This document shows positions 58,810 through 64,000 of a DNA stretch of 64,000 nucleotides, piece after piece. Position numbers and translations under genes: made by a program. The DNA lies in IMG/VR virus record IMGVR_UViG_3300011474_000007, positions 62,001 through 126,000 of that record; one strand, given 5' to 3'. How positions within the stretch are numbered: position 1 is the first letter of the stretch; each line of letters opens with the position of its first letter. The notes beneath the pieces were generated by a model, which was not told the DNA's origin, did not search any database, and worked only from the letters and a program-made list of their open reading frames with translations. This stretch comes from an uncultured virus (IMG/VR IMGVR_UViG_3300011474_000007). Taxonomy: Duplodnaviria > Heunggongvirae > Uroviricota > Caudoviricetes.

Positions 58810-61158
58810 ATGGATGGACAAATCTTATCATTAATACTTGCGTTATCAAAAAAACAAGCACTCAAATACGGTAATACAGGCATTATTAATATAAATGCTA
58901 ATACAACAAATGATGGGATAACTTTTGAATTAGCAAATGGAACTAAACATGATATAAAATTAAATAATTTAAATCTCATGAAATTATCACAGTATGATAA
59001 AAATAATGATGGTATAGTTGATTTTGCAGAAGATAGTAACAAATTAGGTGGTAAATTAGCTAATGAATACGCTTTAAAGTCAGAAGTATCAAGTAATGTA
59101 AATATAAAACCATTTAAAAATATCATAGTTTTACAGGAAGAATCTAATAAAGTTAAAATAGGAATATCAGAATTTAATATGCAAATAGATGAATTATTAG
59201 TCTATCAAAATGGCATTTATATTGAAAAAAATAAAGAATATAAAATTTCATTAGATGGATTGTATATAGAAAAGATAAGTGGAAATTGGAACAAAGATAC
59301 CATTTTTAATTTTGTTATGTATAAAGGAGTAAAAGATAAGATTGAATATGAAGATGGTTCTTTAATTCTTAATGGAAGTATTACATTTGATAAATTAAAT
59401 TTAGATATACAAAACAGAATTAATAATATTAACAACAATAATGTTGAAAGAAAAACATATGAAGAACTAACAACACTAATGGCAGACAACAAACTAGAAA
59501 CTGGAGGTATTTACATTCTAACAGACTACCAAACAAAATACAGGATATTGAGAACTGATGAATGGTGTGTGGGGAAAACAGAAGAATTATATTTAACAGC
59601 AACATCAACTAATACACTAAGCCCAATAGCATACAGTAAACAATACCCTCAAGATATAATATACTATGATATAACACTAAATGAAACAGAAGGTCAACAA
59701 AGAACTGGATTTATAATTAGAAGAGAAGATACCAAAACAGGAAACTCAGCACCTTTTGATTTTAGAACAGCTCAATGGGCAAGGTTTAGATTACACCCAA
59801 CCAGTTATAAGTTCAAGGGAAACATAATACCCTATGACATTATGGAGATTGGGGGAACAGTAGAAGAAGGAAGAATATATAAAGTTGACAATCAACTATA
59901 CTTAGCATATACAACAGGAGCACCAACAAATATGAACGATAAACGCTACCTAGAACTATTATCTAATAATATATATGAGTTTTGGATAGAGGATTATTCT
60001 GGAATGTATGTGTACAAACTAGAAACTCAGATTATAGGAGATAACACTCAAATAGATTTATTTAACACCTTTAATGATAACAGCGTCCATAATAGACTTG
60101 AAGGATTTAACAACCTCTCAAGATGTGTGTTTATTAATAGTAGTTATAATACTATAGAAGCTAATTGTGCAAGACTTACATTCTACAACTCTAATAGTAA
60201 CGTACTAGATACCTCATGTGGTGATATTATTATGCAAGGAAGCTATTCAAATAAGTTAGGTAGGTTTGTAGCTAATTGTATTATGCTCAATGGTTGCTCA
60301 TACAATACGATAGAAGGAGCGTCAACACATATACACCTAAATATGGATAGTAAATCCAATACCATAGGAGTAAACAACAGTGTTATTAACTTGATATCTG
60401 ATTGTAAGAATATTCAAACAGAAGCTAGTTGTGAAACAATTATATTTGGATATCACTGTTCTGAGATAGTATTAAGTAGTCGCTGTATAAACAATGGATT
60501 TGGATTTGGGTGTCGAGCAATAAATATTGGGGCTCAATGTGAAAATAACAATTTTGGAAGTAGTTGTTACAATATTATATTAGGAGATTCATGCTCTATT
60601 AATACATTTACCTATGCTTGTTCAAATATAGAACTTAATACGAACTGTGACTTAAACTCATTCCAAGACAGTTGTAACTATATAGATTTGAGTGTTGGAT
60701 GTTCGGGCAATAAATTTGATAAACAATGTTCGTACGTTAGCTTAGGAAATACTAATAGCCAGAACACACTCGGCGAACAATGTAAGGGTATCACCTTCTC
60801 TACAGCATGTTTTAATACTACTCTAGGAGAATATTGTTCCAACATTGCAATGGGAAACAGTTGTAGGGATAACAAAATAGGTCATCATGTAACAGAGTTA
60901 CAGCTAGCATCTAAAAGTAGTAATAATACTATAGGTGAAAACTGTACTCTTATAAATATCCAGACTTCAAGTGGTTCAAATATTATACCTATAGGAACAA
61001 AGCTTTTGAACATACAAGGACTAAAAGACAAAGACTTAACTACCATACCTTACTTGCCAAATGCGTTCACTAAGCATATAACAATAAATGGAGATAACAA
61101 ACCAGTAATGTCTTACATTAAATCAGATAGGACTATTGAGACAATATTAATACCTTAG
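58810..61158 (+). CDS. Tail fibre/spike protein with Cys/Asn-rich beta-helix repeats
   Basis: AAGGAG RBS before ATG 58810; YDKNNDGIVD motif; ~11-residue repeats (N-x-F/L-G-x-x-C) in the C-terminal third. Confidence 0.65.
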   Translation: MDGQILSLILALSKKQALKYGNTGIININANTTNDGITFELANGTKHDIKLNNLNLMKLSQYDKNNDGIVDFAEDSNKLGGKLANEYALKSEVSSNVNIKPFKNIIVLQEESNKVKIGISEFNMQIDELLVYQNGIYIEKNKEYKISLDGLYIEKISGNWNKDTIFNFVMYKGVKDKIEYEDGSLILNGSITFDKLNLDIQNRINNINNNNVERKTYEELTTLMADNKLETGGIYILTDYQTKYRILRTDEWCVGKTEELYLTATSTNTLSPIAYSKQYPQDIIYYDITLNETEGQQRTGFIIRREDTKTGNSAPFDFRTAQWARFRLHPTSYKFKGNIIPYDIMEIGGTVEEGRIYKVDNQLYLAYTTGAPTNMNDKRYLELLSNNIYEFWIEDYSGMYVYKLETQIIGDNTQIDLFNTFNDNSVHNRLEGFNNLSRCVFINSSYNTIEANCARLTFYNSNSNVLDTSCGDIIMQGSYSNKLGRFVANCIMLNGCSYNTIEGASTHIHLNMDSKSNTIGVNNSVINLISDCKNIQTEASCETIIFGYHCSEIVLSSRCINNGFGFGCRAINIGAQCENNNFGSSCYNIILGDSCSINTFTYACSNIELNTNCDLNSFQDSCNYIDLSVGCSGNKFDKQCSYVSLGNTNSQNTLGEQCKGITFSTACFNTTLGEYCSNIAMGNSCRDNKIGHHVTELQLASKSSNNTIGENCTLINIQTSSGSNIIPIGTKLLNIQGLKDKDLTTIPYLPNAFTKHITINGDNKPVMSYIKSDRTIETILIP

Positions 61159-61168
61159 GAGGGTAATT

Positions 61169-61555
61169 ATGAAACTAATAAAATATTATAACCAAATCAT
61201 GGTCGGGGAAGAAACAAAATATAAAATAGAAAAATATATAGACTATGAGTTCATAGATGGGGAAATCAAAGAAGTTATCAAAGAAAGAAAAGTTCCTTAT
61301 ACAGAATACCAATTCGAAATACAACCACAAGAACTCACCTGTGAAAACGAAGAACTTGACTTTTATTTAGAACAGATAAATACCACATACAGCAAGTATG
61401 GCGAGGTCACATATGAGGACAAGCCAGAAGAACCAAAACCACCAGATTTAAAAGAGCAAATAGAACAACAAAGTAAAAGATTAGACGAGCAAAACAAGGC
61501 TATGGCTGAAATAATGAATTTAATAGCAATACAAGGAACAACGCCTATAGGATAA
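61169..61555 (+). CDS. Putative tail fibre assembly protein (XkdW-like position)
   Basis: Follows the fibre gene; PEEPKPP linker and coiled-coil end. Confidence 0.5.
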   Translation: MKLIKYYNQIMVGEETKYKIEKYIDYEFIDGEIKEVIKERKVPYTEYQFEIQPQELTCENEELDFYLEQINTTYSKYGEVTYEDKPEEPKPPDLKEQIEQQSKRLDEQNKAMAEIMNLIAIQGTTPIG

Positions 61556-61570
61556 AGAGGTGTATTTTTT

Positions 61571-61789
61571 ATGTTTAAAATAATTAATAAAATAAAGAGG
61601 AGAGTGTTAAATATGTTTAGTTTTAATAAAGAAAGTGGATGCGTAAAGGTATGGATAACTTTAATTCTTAATGGTACTTATAAAGTAGAGCAAGTGCCGC
61701 CATTGCTAAATTTACAGGAATGTGTTAAAGAGGTTCTTAAAGATGTTGGATTTGTAGAAGAAAAGAAAGAAGACGTTACTACACAATAG
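61571..61789 (+). CDS. Small CD1375/XkdX-like protein
   Basis: VKVWITLILNGTYKVEQVP...VKEVL motif; alternative start at 61613. Confidence 0.55.
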   Translation: MFKIINKIKRRVLNMFSFNKESGCVKVWITLILNGTYKVEQVPPLLNLQECVKEVLKDVGFVEEKKEDVTTQ

Positions 61790-61843
61790 ATAAAAATTAT
61801 GACTTAACATAAAATAATTTTAAAATCACAATATAATAAAACT

Positions 61844-62194
61844 GTGATTTTATGAAATTAGAACAATTGGCTACATTTACAGGGTGTATGATGGTAACTT
61901 TTATGATTGTACAAGTATTAAAGGATTTGAAGTCTTTTAAACAAATTCCTAGTTATAGGTATATTAAATGTCATTATGGTTTCTGTTATGCAGAATCAAT
62001 TTGATATTACACAATTATATTTAATGATTATTAATGGCATATTAGTAAGACTTATAGCAACAGGTACATATGATTTTAAAGGGAGAAAGAAAGATGATGA
62101 TATACAAACTATAAATAATTTTTATGAAAAATTAATAAAAGATACAAATGTAGCTACGTATACAAAAAAATTTAATAATATAATAAAAGGTTAA
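61844..62194 (+). pseudogene. Degenerate holin copy
   Basis: Aligns with 56723-57110 but lacks the RBS and first codons and has a frameshifting deletion near 61950. Confidence 0.75.
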
Positions 62195-62217
62195 TTTTTA
62201 ATAAAGGAGGAATTATT

Positions 62218-63438
62218 ATGGATGGACAAATTTTATCATTAATACTTGCCTTATCAAAAAAACAAGCACTAAAATACGGTAATATAAGCATTATTAATAT
62301 AAATGCTAATACAACAAATGATGGAATAACTTTTGAATTAGCAAATGGAACTAAACATGATATAAAATTAAATAATTTAAATTTTATGAAATTATCAGAG
62401 TTTGATAAAAATAATGATGGAGTTATAGATTTAGCTCAGCTTGCTAAAGAATCTAATATGTCAAAAGATAGTAAGAAATTAAATGGTAAAGATTCGAGTT
62501 TTTATTTTCAAAAAGATATACATACTACTGATGATATTATAGAAGGAACTAATAATAGATTCTTTAAACAATCTGATAAAGATAAAATTAATAATATATC
62601 TGCTCAAATAAATGCTAATCAAAATAATATTAACCAATTAAAATCAGATTTAAATAACAAAAAAGATGAATTAGTAAAATTAAATTCTTCAGATACAGCA
62701 GATTACTTAGAAAATAAAATCGATAACAACTCTGTTCAAATAAAGAATAATAAATTAATTGCAAAGTCATTAGATGGCTTAGAAGTTACTATTGCAGAAC
62801 TTAATATGCTAAAAGGAATTAAAGATAATATTCAGAAAATGATGGATTTAACTCAAAAGGGTATGCAATTTCGAGGATTTGTAAATACATATGAAGAGTT
62901 ATTACAAACCTCTAATGCTAAAACAGGATATACATCAATCGTTAGAGCTGATGAGAATAGTGAAAGTAAACAAATGTTTTATATCTATGATGGTTCAAAT
63001 TGGCAACCAACCTATGAGGTTTCTTCTAAAAATATGGGAAGAGATTTTACTATAGAACCTTTGAATTTGATGGTAGAGACCAAAGGGGTATTATCAGAAA
63101 ATCAAATAGACAAGAGTATAGCAAGAAAAATTGATATAAAAAATAAATTAGATAAAATTGTTAGTGCAACTCAAGATAATATAGTTATATTAAATAAAGA
63201 TGGAACAATAAAAGATAGTGGTAATAATTTAAATGATTATGCTAAAGTTAATCATACACATAAAGAATTAGAAGACAAAATGGCCTTAAAAGAAGACTTA
63301 CACAATCATAATAATAAGGATACTTTAGATAAACTAAGCATAAGTGAAGACGGGAAGTTATTGTTTAATGGCAATTTAATCGAAGGAAATTCTAGTGGTG
63401 GAACAGGAATATCTACATGGAATAAATTTGAATTATAG
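62218..63438 (+). CDS. Tail fibre-like protein sharing its N-terminus with 58810-61158
   Basis: First ~70 aa nearly identical; HTH/HNHNN and TTDDIIEGTNNRFF fibre motifs. Confidence 0.65.
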   Translation: MDGQILSLILALSKKQALKYGNISIININANTTNDGITFELANGTKHDIKLNNLNFMKLSEFDKNNDGVIDLAQLAKESNMSKDSKKLNGKDSSFYFQKDIHTTDDIIEGTNNRFFKQSDKDKINNISAQINANQNNINQLKSDLNNKKDELVKLNSSDTADYLENKIDNNSVQIKNNKLIAKSLDGLEVTIAELNMLKGIKDNIQKMMDLTQKGMQFRGFVNTYEELLQTSNAKTGYTSIVRADENSESKQMFYIYDGSNWQPTYEVSSKNMGRDFTIEPLNLMVETKGVLSENQIDKSIARKIDIKNKLDKIVSATQDNIVILNKDGTIKDSGNNLNDYAKVNHTHKELEDKMALKEDLHNHNNKDTLDKLSISEDGKLLFNGNLIEGNSSGGTGISTWNKFEL

Positions 63439-63450
63439 GAGGTGTAGTTT

Positions 63451-64000
63451 ATGAATATTACTTTTGAAGCTTTATTAGAAAAACCTATAGAAATAGTTTC
63501 AGGTAGGATATATTTCGTAAAAGAGGATAATGATATTAATTTATATTTAGGTAAAAGTGATAAGACATTACAGTATATAGGTAAGCAATTGGGTGATTCT
63601 TCGGTATTACCAACAGAGCTACAAGGGAAATCTATAATGGAAATGTTTGCCTACCTTTTTCAATATGCCAATAGAAATAAGAACAACTTAAAAGTTTTAG
63701 TAGGAAATTCTATTGGCATGGATTATACTACTAAAACAGATGAAGAAATATCAAATGATATTATAAATAGAAAAGATTTAATCTGCAAAGCTTTATCAAA
63801 TAAAGGTGTCATTGCTACAAAATCAGATGAATTATCTACCTATGCAAATAAAATAAATTCAATAGTACAAAACTCTCAAATCAAAAATACAAAATTAAAT
63901 ATAAAAAAAGGAGAAACTAAACAAATTGTATTAACCAATCCTACAGATATTCAAAATGTATGTACAAGTGTACTAGAATATAAAGAAGGTCAAGATAATA
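63451..64000 (+). CDS. Partial tail-fibre-associated protein (runs off the window)
   Basis: AGGAGG RBS and ATG 63451; frame open to the end; ALSNKGV...LSTYANKINSI motif. Confidence 0.6.
   Translation, partial: MNITFEALLEKPIEIVSGRIYFVKEDNDINLYLGKSDKTLQYIGKQLGDSSVLPTELQGKSIMEMFAYLFQYANRNKNNLKVLVGNSIGMDYTTKTDEEISNDIINRKDLICKALSNKGVIATKSDELSTYANKINSIVQNSQIKNTKLNIKKGETKQIVLTNPTDIQNVCTSVLEYKEGQDN

Noticed and set aside
1239..60875. All minus-strand ORFs in the track
   Set aside because: Short shadows of long plus-strand genes, with no recognisable motifs
1..64000. CRISPR array, tRNA/rRNA, integrase, reverse transcriptase or neurotoxin genes
   Set aside because: No regular repeat-spacer pattern or diagnostic motifs seen by eye

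Overview
AT-rich, all-plus-strand virion morphogenesis and lysis region of a large SPbeta/c-st-like siphophage or prophage, most likely from a Clostridium host (inferred from composition and gene content). Gene order: terminase subunits, portal, protease/scaffold, capsid, neck and tail tube genes (0.3-14.9 kb); an accessory island (15.0-20.8 kb); tape measure gene; a giant distal-tail protein; tail tip and adhesin genes; lysis genes; further duplicated tail-fibre cassettes. Main points: (1) The tape measure gene is split by three group I introns. P1/P3/P7/P10 pairings and terminal G are readable and give an in-frame 2414-aa product. (2) Intron 2 carries a double HNH-AP2 endonuclease, whereas intron 3 carries a lipoprotein cassette with its own promoter and terminator. 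A decayed copy of that cassette lies upstream. (3) About a dozen tightly packed 40-85 aa ORFs resembling orphan antitoxins precede a GNAT toxin-antitoxin pair. (4) A non-autonomous IS200/IS605 element keeps an intact-looking TnpB, omegaRNA region and a tnpA remnant. (5) Two paralogous adhesin genes have DGR-like variable regions. All family assignments come from motif recognition by eye, with no database search.
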